Shown: positions 29,908 through 40,854, counted from the stretch's first letter. The stretch: 64,000 bases of DNA from Ignavibacteriota bacterium (GCA_963742955.1 CAVUOA010000011.1:3-64002), one strand, 5' to 3'. The notes: generated by a model not told the origin, from the sequence alone. A program made the numbers and translations.

Positions 29908-32410
29908 TTACTTTATTAAAACCATTTTTTTGCTTTCGGAAAATCCTTCAGCTTCTAATCTGTAAAAATAAACACCACTGGGAAAATTAGCAGCATTCCA
30001 ATTAACCTCATAACTTCCCGGTAAAAGCTGTTTATTGATAAGGACAGCAACCTCTCTGCCGAGGATATCGTAAACTTTCATATTCACGTCAAGGGCATGC
30101 CTTTGACCTACAGCAGGTATGTCAAACTTAATAATTGTAGCAGGATTAAACGGGTTCGGATAATTCTGCGATAAAGAAAACCTGCCCGGTATCGTTGATG
30201 AAATTTGCTTAACGCCGTTAACTTCATAAAAAGAAATTCTTGCTATGGTTTCAACTTCCGCGAGACCGGCTACGCTTTGCCCTGTTATTTGTCCGGTGAA
30301 GCTTTTAACAATTACTTTCAGTTCATCGGCTTTTGGCAAGCCTGTCAATGTAATTTTCGTACCATTACCGCTGATTATTCCGGTTGAGTTTACATGCTTG
30401 GTTTCAATTCCGTTTAGATAAAGAAACAGTTCACAATCAGTAACCTGAATATTTGTATTGTTTGCGGGATTTGGTTTTATATTGTATATAACAATATCGC
30501 TAACATCGAGCGGCAAATCCCATTTCAAGTCAACAAACTCATTATTTGCGCCGTTTGCTATCCAGTTAACAAGCAATGTATCGTTTCTTGCTTTTCTGTC
30601 AATAACACGCTTACCGGGATATTGTATTGAATCATTAACAAACCTGAATGAGCTTTGAGTAACTGCTGCAGAAGTTGATGAGTTGAAAAACTGTCCCAGC
30701 CCGATTGTAGGCGGAACAGGAATTGTTGTATGCCCCGCGTGACAGCCTACACATTTTTGTACCTGTGCCCGGTCGGCCGTAATTCATGCCTGTAACGTGC
30801 GCAATCTGGTGTTTAGTACCGGAGATTACTTTTCCATTGCTGTCAACTACCTGTTCAAACATAGGTACATCTGCAGGAGCGTTATCAAAATGAATACCCC
30901 CGGCGTAATCAAGCATTTGTGAATGAACTCTGATTGCGGTATCAAGTCCCAGGGTATCTTTCCTTTGGAAGTTCAAAAAGAAATCTATTCTTGCATTTTT
31001 AGTAATCGGCGGCGCATCGGTAATGGGCTGGTCAACAGAACCGTTTGTATATATATTAACGCAATCAAATCTAAAACCGCCGTTCTTGTAAAAAGTACCC
31101 GGGTCTGAGGTCGGAGGCAGCTCATCGCTTATATATGTAACCCCATCGGGGATTATTGGCGGAATAAGCTTTGGCAAAAGGACCTGTACATTTAATTCCA
31201 TTTTGCCGGCAATATCAAATGCAGGCTGCATATTGCTGCCATCTAAATTAATTGTGTACAAGGCGTAATCCTGGTTTTCAACCTGTGAGGCATAAGAAAA
31301 CAATATCCTGCCATCAGGCAATTGGACTGGGTCAGTTGCATAAGGAGGCTGCATTGTACCGTAAGAAGGGGGATTCTGAATATATAATTGCATATCATTC
31401 TGGTTCACTCCCGCGATATAATGGGGATAGTCTACACCTTTATTAAACCATCTTATTCCCGTACTGCTGGAAGTATAAACCATCGGAGTATGCGGAACGA
31501 AAACGCTCAATAATATTCCGTTGCTCATTACAAAAGGCTTGTATGTGTGAAGCCCGTTTCTTGATTCAGGAAAGCCAGCGTAAAGCTGCAGTGCATCACC
31601 ATCGGGATTAACAATTCCAGCCTGCCAGATGTTTGCAATATCATTGCTTAATGCTAATCCTGAATCACGTGTTAAACCATTGTAAGTAACTAGCGAAGGT
31701 CTGTCATAATTTAGCCACCATCTTGAAAATACAATCCTGCCCGAAACAGGATTTACCATCGGCTCCTCTGCCCCGTTTCGCTCGGTAGTAATACGGTGTA
31801 AGTTTGAACCATCTGAATTTATAATGTAAAGATTGGTAGTTCTTGCTCCGTAGTATTCAGATAGTGAAGGATACCGTGTACTTGCAAAGCAAATACGTCC
31901 ATCCGGAAGATAGCATGGGTCAATATCATCATATTTTTGGAATTTGTAAGCGGAGGTTCCGAATTGCGCAAGGTCAATATTTCTGTCAGAATATGTAATA
32001 GCCCTGAAGTTTGTTCCATCTGAATTAATTTCATAAATGCGCCATGAGCTGTCACGGTTTTGGGTTCCGGCAAAAATAATCTTTGAGGCATCCCAGAAAA
32101 CATCAGGGTCTGAAACATCAACAAGGCTGGTACCATTAAAATTCATTGTGCTGTCGACTAATACTCTAACCGTTCCATTTGATTCTCTTACAAGGAGCCT
32201 TCCTCCAACAACACTAAAACGTGAAAACGGACCCATACCCGGTAAAAGACCTGATTGAGGATAATAAATATTCCCGTTATGTTCAAGGTTCCGTGAGACA
32301 AAGACAATGGGCGGAAGCGGCTGAGCATGAAGTTCAGCTGTTATTATCAATAAAACGAAGCCTGTCCCAAACAAACAGGACAGGCTGAATATCTTAATAA
32401 GACATTTCAA
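29908..32410 (-). CDS. Secreted TolB-like beta-propeller protein with a CxxCH motif, a discoidin-like domain and a T9SS C-terminal sorting domain; one homopolymer frameshift at about 30756-30760
   Basis: Signal peptide. Repeated INSDGTNFRAIT / INSDGSNLHRIT / INLDGSNMQP blades (30635-32410). The frame of ORF 29908-30576 is open upstream to about 30760 and reads KCVGCHAGHTTIPVPP. The C-terminus QNYPNPFNPAT...GVYFYRLEA...KKMVLIK is a T9SS type-A CTD. Confidence 0.75.
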
Positions 32411-32429
32411 AATTACCTATTAAGTTAAA

Positions 32430-32912
32430 TTATTTATAGGTTACTACAACTGATGTTTTATTTTTGTCTTTATCCCATGCCAGCATAATACTTACTTCTT
32501 TTTTATCTTTGTTCCACATTGCCATACCGCCTTCGTCTTTCATCATCTCGTTATCAGCTTTTTTATAACCGCTTTTTTCAAGCGCAGCAGTGTACTGGCT
32601 GAGAATATCTCTGGGTTTATTATCAGATTCAAATGTAACAACTGTGCCTTCGGATGTATTTAATGAACCCAAAACTTTTGAATTATCCGGTTGCGGAATG
32701 TCTGAAGGATAGTCTGCAGGAAGTCCTTCTTTAATTCCAAGTTCGTTACTTTTATTTTCAGAAGGATTAGTCGTCTGGTCCTGCTTTTGCACCTGCGTAG
32801 TATCACCGGTTTTATCTCCGCTTGAAGTATTATCTTTTTTACCGCAGCCTGTTAAAAAAACAAATGAAGATATCAGCAGAACAAACAGTAAATTAAAATG
32901 ATTTTTAATCAT
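32430..32912 (-). CDS. Hypothetical lipoprotein
   Basis: Intact 160-aa ORF with the lipobox FLTGC. The low-complexity T/Q/D linker is followed by a globular domain. Confidence 0.6.
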   Translation of the reverse strand: MIKNHFNLLFVLLISSFVFLTGCGKKDNTSSGDKTGDTTQVQKQDQTTNPSENKSNELGIKEGLPADYPSDIPQPDNSKVLGSLNTSEGTVVTFESDNKPRDILSQYTAALEKSGYKKADNEMMKDEGGMAMWNKDKKEVSIMLAWDKDKNKTSVVVTYK

Positions 32913-32943
32913 ATCCCTTAATTATTGGTTTAGAAATATTAAT

Positions 32944-33510
32944 TTAATTGTTGCACACAATTGCTTCGAATTTGCCGGCAATCCAGCTTTTCTTTTCATC
33001 GTTGAAGCAAATTGCAACCTTTCCGCTTACAGTATTATTTGATGTGCTCTCTATTTTCAAAGCACAATCCCAGTTCGCATCCGATTTGAATGACGTGCCG
33101 TCAGTATCAATATACCTGAAAAAAGATTGATATGTTTTGGCATCATCCGTGAACTTTCCCTTAACATATTCCCCTTTTTCGATTGGATGCCCCTTATTTA
33201 TTAATTGGAAACCCTGGTAGTTTTCAATATAACCGCAATTTTGTTCCGCTTTAACCGTAGAGAAATTCAGCACGTTATCGTTAGTACCTCTCCATTTTTC
33301 AAAAACAACATACGGAAACCGGACATCTTTCCCGTTAAGGTTACCCTTCAGCTCGTAGTCAGGTATATCCAAAACCGACAGATTTTCTTTCCAGTTGAAA
33401 GATTTATTGTTATCAGTGATTACTTCTTTTTTTACTTCATCTTTTCCGCCGCAGCCTATAAACAAAAATAATCCTGCTGTAATTATATACAAACTGAAAA
33501 GTTTTTTCAA
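32944..33510 (-). CDS. Hypothetical lipoprotein
   Basis: Intact 188-aa ORF with the lipobox FIGCGG. Confidence 0.6.
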   Translation of the reverse strand: MKKLFSLYIITAGLFLFIGCGGKDEVKKEVITDNNKSFNWKENLSVLDIPDYELKGNLNGKDVRFPYVVFEKWRGTNDNVLNFSTVKAEQNCGYIENYQGFQLINKGHPIEKGEYVKGKFTDDAKTYQSFFRYIDTDGTSFKSDANWDCALKIESTSNNTVSGKVAICFNDEKKSWIAGKFEAIVCNN

Positions 33511-33517
33511 TGCATTC

Positions 33518-34144
33518 CTATTTTACAAATTTTTTATATCTATCGTTAATCCTTCCCCAGTGCAGGTGACTCATGAAATTATCGATATATTTTGCCCTGC
33601 CCGGTCCGTCTTTGTGGTAATACGCATGCTCGAATACATCGCATGCAATTAAAGGAATGCCACCCCAGATAGCGCCGTACTGGTGTTCATCAACCAAAAC
33701 GTTAATCAGCCTTCCTGAATACAGCTTATCGAACACAAGCAATCCCCAGCCGCTGAGCTTAGCGGCAACTGCACATGCTTTGAAGTCTGCTTTCCATTTA
33801 TCCAGCGAGCCGAAATTAGCTTCAATAGCTTTAACTACATCAGGTCCCTTGGAAGTATCGCCGTCTCCCCCCATTACTTCCCAGTAGAGGTCATGCAGCA
33901 AAGCGCCGGAGTGATTCCATGTGAACCTTCTTTTTAGCTCCCCGATTTCGGAATAATTTCCGTTTGCTTTTGCCCTGTCGACCGATTCAAGAGCTGTTTC
34001 TATGTTGTTAAGGAATGTAACATAACCTTTATGGTGTGTGTTGTAATGCCAGTCTGATGTTTCAGGACTGATTACATCTTTTAAAAGTGTTTTCGCCTCA
34101 TCATCAGAATAAGGCCTTGGGTTGAATTTCCATTCGTAAGCCAT
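33518..34144 (-). CDS. Fe/Mn-family superoxide dismutase
   Basis: Intact 208-aa ORF. HYNTHHKGYV metal-ligand region and the DVFEHAYY signature. Confidence 0.9.
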   Translation of the reverse strand: MAYEWKFNPRPYSDDEAKTLLKDVISPETSDWHYNTHHKGYVTFLNNIETALESVDRAKANGNYSEIGELKRRFTWNHSGALLHDLYWEVMGGDGDTSKGPDVVKAIEANFGSLDKWKADFKACAVAAKLSGWGLLVFDKLYSGRLINVLVDEHQYGAIWGGIPLIACDVFEHAYYHKDGPGRAKYIDNFMSHLHWGRINDRYKKFVK

Positions 34145-34235
34145 TTTAAATCCTCTCCACGGGCATAGCCCGGATAATTTATTATTAAAAAACTCATATC
34201 TTGATTCCCTAAATCAATCAATTGGCGTGTTTTTC

Positions 34236-34595
34236 TCAAACACCAAATGAACTTCCGCAGCCGCAGGTTTTCTTAGCCAAAGGATTGTTGAAGACAAATC
34301 CTTTCCCCATCAAGCCGTCGGAATAATCGATTGTGGTGCCTTTGAGATAAAGAATACTTTTCCAGTCAACACATACTTTTACACCCTCAATTTCAAATAT
34401 ATTATCGCCTTCTTTTTGTTCGCTGTCGAATCCGAGAGTATATGACAGACCGGAACATCCGCCGCCCTTTACACCAATTCTCAGATTGTAGTCTTCGGGG
34501 ATGCTGTTTTCTTCCTTAATTTTCCTGACCTCTCCGATTGCTTTTGGTGTCAGTTTAATTTCTTCCGTAGTTTCTAATGTTTTTGTCTCTTCCAT
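34236..34595 (-). CDS. HesB/IscA/ErpA-type iron-sulfur cluster insertion protein
   Basis: Intact 119-aa ORF. GGGCSGLSY and the C-terminal CGCGSSF motif. Confidence 0.9.
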   Translation of the reverse strand: MEETKTLETTEEIKLTPKAIGEVRKIKEENSIPEDYNLRIGVKGGGCSGLSYTLGFDSEQKEGDNIFEIEGVKVCVDWKSILYLKGTTIDYSDGLMGKGFVFNNPLAKKTCGCGSSFGV

Positions 34596-34635
34596 ATTGT
34601 GTAATATTAAATTTATTATTAAAAACTTTTATTAT

Positions 34636-35370
34636 TTACCTTAAGTAAAATTTCATGCCGAGATAAAATGATGAATAAGCAACTCTTCTGTCATTGTTCA
34701 GTCCGTTGGCGGGGCTGGCTTTATCTCTGAAAACAATTACGTGAGGGTCATTAGTCACTGTTTCATCTGTACCTCTATTCCACACATTATCATAAGTATA
34801 ACTGCCGCCAAGATAAATTCCAATTGTTTTGCTGAGTCCGTAGTTAAGGTTAATACCCGCAGCATAGCCGTATCTTGGTACAACCTTAAAGAAATCCAGA
34901 CCTGCATGATAATACGTTTCGCCGCCCATAAAATTAAGCCTCATTAATCCGAATATTGAAGGGTAAAATCTTTTGTTGCCCAGGGGATTAGTTTCCAACC
35001 CGGCCCCCAGTGAAAATGACTGCACCCTCACACCGTAATTATCTGAAGGACCGCTGTAGATACTGTAGAGCATATTATACCCGACATTGAATAAACCTTT
35101 TAAATAACCGGCTTTCAAAATATTATATTTCAAAAAAGTTTGAACATTGTACCCCTCTTTTGCGCCAAGATTATCCGAATTTATCCATCTTTTGCCGTTT
35201 ATTGTAACATAATCTTCATTTGGAGAAAGCACAAGACTAGAGCCGTATGCTTCAAGCAGGGGTTTTGAATAACCAATATTTACATCAATTTCAAGCCGTG
35301 ATTGCGAATAAATACTCAAAGAACAAAAATAAAGAACTATAAAAATAAAAATATTTTTAAACAGTTTCAA
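34636..35370 (-). CDS. Outer-membrane beta-barrel protein (porin-family-like)
   Basis: Intact 244-aa ORF. Signal peptide, alternating aromatic/glycine beta-strand pattern, and a C-terminal aromatic region (YLGMKFYLR). Confidence 0.6.
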   Translation of the reverse strand: MKLFKNIFIFIVLYFCSLSIYSQSRLEIDVNIGYSKPLLEAYGSSLVLSPNEDYVTINGKRWINSDNLGAKEGYNVQTFLKYNILKAGYLKGLFNVGYNMLYSIYSGPSDNYGVRVQSFSLGAGLETNPLGNKRFYPSIFGLMRLNFMGGETYYHAGLDFFKVVPRYGYAAGINLNYGLSKTIGIYLGGSYTYDNVWNRGTDETVTNDPHVIVFRDKASPANGLNNDRRVAYSSFYLGMKFYLR

Positions 35371-35372
35371 AC

Positions 35373-36588
35373 TCAGCTTATTTGCTCCTTTAATTTTTTA
35401 CCTTTAAATGCTCCAGTCAATTTAAATGCTGGTGATAGTTTCCTTAATTCATTCACTTTTTCTATGACTCTGTTTATTGTATAATTTATTTCATCTCCGG
35501 TATTAAATCGTCCGATTCCAAACCTTATAGAAGATTTTATTAAATCATTCCTTACTCCAATTGCTTTTAAAACATGCGATGGTTCCGCTTCTGCAGAACT
35601 GCATGCGCTTCCGGATGAAACAGCAATTTCCCTCATAGACATCATCAGAGAATCCGCATCGACATATTCAAAACTAAGATTTAGATTTCCGGCAAGCCTT
35701 TTTTCTCTGTGACCGTTTAACTTAACGCCTTCTAATCCTGAATTTAAACCGTTATACAGCTTATCTCTTAAGCTTCGAAACGCGCTCCGATTCAATATTC
35801 ATTTCTTCCGACGAAATTTCACAAGCTTTACCAAAACCAACAATGCCGGGAACATTTAACGTACCCGAACGAAATCCTCTTTCATGTCCGCCTCCATCAA
35901 TTTGAGGTACGAGTTTTACATTCGGATTCTTTGACCTGATATACAGCGCTCCGATCCCTTTAGGACCGTATAACTTGTGAGAACTCATGCTCATTAAGTC
36001 AATATTCATTTTGTTAACATCGATTTTAATTTTTCCCAATGCCTGCGCTGCGTCAGTATGAAAAAGAACACTGTGTTCATGACAAATCTTACCTATTTCT
36101 TCGATTGGCTGGATTGTACCTATTTCATTATTTGCTGTCATAATGGAAACAAGTATTGTTTCCGAATCAATTATATTGTTCAGTTCATTAATATTTATCA
36201 ATCCGTATTGGTCAACAGGAACATATTTAATAATAAAGCCTTTTCGTTCAAGAGATTTACATGTATCCAATACAGCTTTATGCTCGGTTGCTGCAGTAAT
36301 TATTTTCTTACCCTTTGTTTGATGCGCTTCAGCAGCGCCTTTTAAAGCAAGGTTAATTGATTCTGTTGCCCCGCAGGTAAAAATAATCTCTTTTGGCTCA
36401 GCCGATATAATTCCTGCAATCTTAGCTCTTGCATTTTCGACTGCTGCCTCAGCAATCCACCCGAATTCATGAGATTTACTTGCCGCATTACCAAAATTTT
36501 CGGTAAAATACGGTTTCATCTCATCAAAAACACGTGTATCAACAGGTGTTGTCGAATGATTATCCAGATAAATTGGTAATTTTACCAT
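35373..36588 (-). CDS. iscS: Cysteine desulfurase (IscS/NifS family), one frameshift near 35780
   Basis: PLP-lysine region SSHKLYGPKGIGALY (35761-36588). Active-site loop SSGSACSS (35373-35795). Confidence 0.9.
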
Positions 36589-36638
36589 TTATTTCCTTAC
36601 AGGTTTACCCTGTTCAAGTATAGTAACAATAAAATTTA

Positions 36639-37043
36639 CTATACAATTTCAGATAACTTTGTGGTATTAAAGTAGTTAATAATGCTTTTCTGGACTTTTT
36701 GCATAGGGTCACTTATTATACAACTGTCATAAATAGTGCAGCTTCCGGGATTTTCGTGCATCCCGCAATCAAGTATATAGTTCGTGCCTTCAATAGCATT
36801 AAATATAGCCGAAAGGCTTATTTTCTCAGGAGGCCTGGATAACCTGTAGCCTCCTTTAATTCCTTTGACGGAAGTAAGGATTTTTTCATTTTTCAATCTC
36901 TGCAGTATTTTTGAGAGCAAATCATATGGTACTTTATTTTCCCGGGATATTTCTTTGGCAGAAATAGGGTTAATTTCACCCTGGTTGGCAATATGTTTTA
37001 TAGCAATTAATCCGTATTCAACTTTTTTTGATAACTTAAACAA
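36639..37043 (-). CDS. iscR: Rrf2-family transcriptional regulator (IscR-like)
   Basis: Intact 134-aa ORF. Rrf2 wHTH (KVEYGLIAIKHIA...ISAKEISRENKVPYDLLSKILQRL) and three clustered Cys (CGMHENPGSCTIYDSC), directly upstream of iscS. Confidence 0.8.
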   Translation of the reverse strand: MFKLSKKVEYGLIAIKHIANQGEINPISAKEISRENKVPYDLLSKILQRLKNEKILTSVKGIKGGYRLSRPPEKISLSAIFNAIEGTNYILDCGMHENPGSCTIYDSCIISDPMQKVQKSIINYFNTTKLSEIV

Positions 37044-37069
37044 TTTTTTAAAATAAAACTTAAAAAAAA

Positions 37070-38726
37070 TTACGATTGTTTTACAAGTCTTACCGCAAAT
37101 GAACCATCGATACCGTGCCTGTGCGGAAATGTTTCTATGCAGCCTTCCTCATTTACAAGTTCTCTGTTGACAAATTTTGCTGCATTATCAATTTTAAACT
37201 CGGGATGAACAGCCAGAAAATCTTTAACAACTTCTAAATTTTCCTCCGGTTCGGTAGTACAGGTGCTGTAAACAATAATTCCACCGGGTTTAAGATAAGC
37301 CGCAGCATTTTCAAGCATTTTTCTTTGAAGCTTTGCCAGATTTAAAATATCTTCAATTTCACGTTTCCACCTGATATCCGGTTTTTTAGAAAGTACACCA
37401 AGACCTGAACACGGAGCATCAAGCAGTATCTTATCAAATTTCATTGAAGTAATTGCTTCATTAGTAAACTCGGATGCATCATCCTGAATAAACTCAATAT
37501 TTGTTACACCTAAGTCGATTTGCGTTCTCTTTAAGCATTTTGATTTTTGCTTCGTATTTATCAACTGCAACAATGTGCCCTTTATTGCCAAGCAATTGTG
37601 CAATGTGTGTTGATTTCCCGCCGGGAGCAGAGCACATATCGAGGACTGTATCGTTTTCATTCGGCGCCAGAAGCAGAGAAACTAAGCCTGCGCTTTCATC
37701 CTGGATGGCATATTTGCCTTCTTTGAAATCCTCATCAAGATAAATTTTCGACATCAGCCTAAGTGTAATAAAATTTTCGGCATTACGGCAGAAACGGTAA
37801 ACGATATTTCTTTCGGCAAGCTTTTGCAAAAATTCGTCTTTACCTGTCTTTAATGTGTTTATTCTTACGGTAAGAATCGGTCTTTTGTTATTTGATTCGG
37901 CAAGCTTCTCGGCATCGTCAAATCCAAACCGCTGAATCCAACGCTTCACCATCCAATTGGGATGTGACTGCATTATACCGAGGTATTTTACTTCGTCTAT
38001 TTCTCTTGTAGGATATATTAATTCTTCTTTGGTCCTTATTATAGTCCTGAGTAACCCGTTTACAACATCAGCGTGTTTCTGGGTACTGATGCGTTTTACA
38101 AACTCGGTTGCTTCGTTCACAGCTGCGTAATCGGGAATTTTATTAAGGAATAAAATCTGGTACAACGCCACTCTTAATGTATTTTTAATTTCCGGCATAC
38201 ACTTTTCCCATTGACCGCGGTAAAAGCCGTTTAAGAACCAGTCGAGCCTTCTCATCCACCTAATCACACCATGGCAGATTTCATTAAGCAGCGATTTATC
38301 GTAATCGTTAAGAGATTCTGTTCTGATTTCGTAATCAATCAGCTTATCAAGATATGAATCAGTACGCTCGACACGTGTTAAAATTTTTACTGCAAGTGAA
38401 CGGGTATCCGAATAAATTGTATCACCGTGCGGTTTTTGTCTTCTGTTTTGAGCCTGATCTTGAGTTTGCTCACTTGTTTCGTCTGTCTTTGCCTGTTCTG
38501 TCTGCTCACCCTGCTGAGAGTCTTCATCTGATACAGATGGGTTTGAAAACTCGCTTTCCCTCTGATTTTCAAGATTTTGGGAATCTGACTGTTTAGCAAA
38601 ATCTCTTGGTTCGGATTTCTGCTTTTCGGTAAAATTAGTCTTTATTTCGGGCACAGGTATAACAGGAATTTCCCTCTGTGTTGTTTCTTTACCTTTATCA
38701 GTATTATTTGCGTTATTTTGCTCCAT
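37070..38726 (-). CDS. rsmB: 16S rRNA (cytosine-C5)-methyltransferase RsmB/Sun with a long acidic/Q-rich N-terminal extension; one frameshift near 37580
   Basis: NusB-like domain, DMCSAPGGKSTHIAQLL, LDAPCSGLGVL, YSTCTTEPEEN. ORFs 37494-38726 and 37070-37660. Confidence 0.9.
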
Positions 38727-38849
38727 TTTGATAATATAGTCGATATTGTTCCCACTATCAATGAAAAATAATAAGCTTTACATTTTGGCATTTTAACTGA
38801 AAATTCAAGTATTTATCTTTATATAAACTTAATAATACTGCATCTTTTT

Positions 38850-40284
38850 ATGATTACAACCAGCCAATTAAATCCCAATCTGCTGCAAACTGAATATGCA
38901 GTAAGGGGTCCAATAGTTCTAAGAGCTCAGGAGCTTGAAAAAAAAGGGAAAAAAATAATCTACTGCAATATCGGAAATCCGCAGGCACTAAAACAAAAAC
39001 CATTATCATACATACGCCAGATAATAAGCATATTAGAATATCCCGCAATTCTCGAAAAAGCGGATGCTTCAAAAAATATATCCTAAAGATATTGTTGAAC
39101 GTGCAAAACATGTTTTACACAACCTCCCCGATGGGATTGGGGCTTACACACAAAGCGCAGGAATTCCCTTCGTAAGACAGGCAGTTGCAGAATTCATAAC
39201 CAAACGAGACGGTATACCTGCGGATGAGAAACATATAATAATGACTGACGGTGCAAGCAAAGGTGTTCAGGCTGTTTTACTCGCATTGCTGAAAAGCAAA
39301 AATGACGGGTTCATGATTCCTATTCCGCAATATCCATTATACAGCGCAACTATCGCTCTGTACGGAGGAACACAAATCGGTTATTTTCTTGACGAGAATA
39401 ATTCATGGCAGCTTAATGAAGAAATCCTTACTAAAAGCATCGAAGAAGCAAAATCAAAAGGTATTAACCCGGTTTCGATTTCAGTTATCAATCCGGGTAA
39501 TCCCACCGGTGCTGTTTTATCGTACTCAAATATTGTAATGATAATAAATTTTGCCAAGAAGCATAATTTATCTATTATGGCTGATGAGGTTTACCAGGAA
39601 AACGTGTATAACAATGAACTTGTATTCCATTCATTTGCCAAAGTAATGAACCAGCTTGAAGAAAAATCCGTACCGCTGTTCAGCTTCCACTCTATTTCAA
39701 AAGGTTTCACCGGTGAGTGCGGGCACAGAGGCGGATATATGGAAATACGTAATGTGCCGGATGATGCAATGGCGCAGTTTATAAAATTGCAGTCAGTAAG
39801 CCTATGCGCAAATGTTGACGGTCAGATTGCCGCATACCTTATGGTAAAGCCTCCCGAAAAAGGAGAAGAGAGCTATGATACATATATCAACGAACGCAAC
39901 GGCATATTAAATGAACTGAAAACCAAAGCAGAAATACTCGGTGAAGGATTGAACAAAATAGACGGGATGACAACTGAAATTCCGCGCGGTGCAATGTATG
40001 CATTTGTTAAGTTTGAGCTGCCTCATACAACTGATGTAAACAAGATGACTCCGGAAGAACGGCTGGTATATGAATCGAAGCGTGATACGGATTACTGCAT
40101 GGCAATGCTTGAAGAAACAGGTATTTGCGTAGTACCGGGTTCGGGATTCGGGCAATTGCCGGGTACATTGCATTTCCGTACAACATTTCTGCCCCCGAGA
40201 GATGAAATCGAAACGCTGGTTGTAAAGCTGAAGGAGTTCCATGAAAAGTATGTTATGAAGATGAAGGAAAAAGTAAGTGTTTGA
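38850..40284 (+). CDS. Class I/II aminotransferase, alanine aminotransferase type; one frameshift near 39070
   Basis: EYAVRGPIVLRAQELE, YTQSAGIPFVR, INPGNPTG and the PLP-lysine region SISKGFTGECGHRGGY, which is typical of ALT-type enzymes. Confidence 0.85.
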
Positions 40285-40334
40285 AAACTGACCCAGAATA
40301 CCTTACGTGTTCTGTTTGAAATAATATTTATAAC

Positions 40335-40832
40335 ATGAAAAATAAACATAACCACATCCAGTACAAAGGATACTACTTTGTTACATTAACCACAAAAGAT
40401 AAGAAAGATTACTTCGGTAAAATTGTTAATGATAAGATGATACTGAGCAAACGCGGTGAGATTGCAAATACTAACTGGGCAGGCATTACCGCCAAGTTCC
40501 CTGATGTATCGCTTGATGAATTTATTATCATGCCAAATCATGTGCACGCAATTGTAAAATTCTTAAAAGGAAACCGCAGAAAAAGCACAATAGGAGAAGA
40601 GCTTAACAAAATAACAGAAGGATTTAAACGCTGCACGAGGCTTGATATAAATGAATCATTCAGGGGAGCAAAACCGTTTGAATGGCAAAGTACAACCGAG
40701 ATTAGGGAAATTCACAATGAGGGTGAGCTGTTTGATATGCGCTATTACATTGACAGCAATCCTATCAGGTGGGAAATGGACCCGGAGAATCTGCTTAGGG
40801 AACTTAAAGGCAAGCTTGTAACTTCCCGTTAA
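40335..40832 (+). CDS. IS200-like HUH Y1 transposase homologue, RAYT-like (REP-associated tyrosine transposase family), solitary
   Basis: Intact 165-aa ORF. YFVTLTTKDKKDYFG, HUH motif MPNHVHAIV, conserved Tyr region MRYYIDSNPIRW. No flanking inverted repeats or second IS gene. Confidence 0.7.
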   Translation: MKNKHNHIQYKGYYFVTLTTKDKKDYFGKIVNDKMILSKRGEIANTNWAGITAKFPDVSLDEFIIMPNHVHAIVKFLKGNRRKSTIGEELNKITEGFKRCTRLDINESFRGAKPFEWQSTTEIREIHNEGELFDMRYYIDSNPIRWEMDPENLLRELKGKLVTSR

Positions 40833-40854
40833 TTTTCAGCTAGGTTTATGTAAA

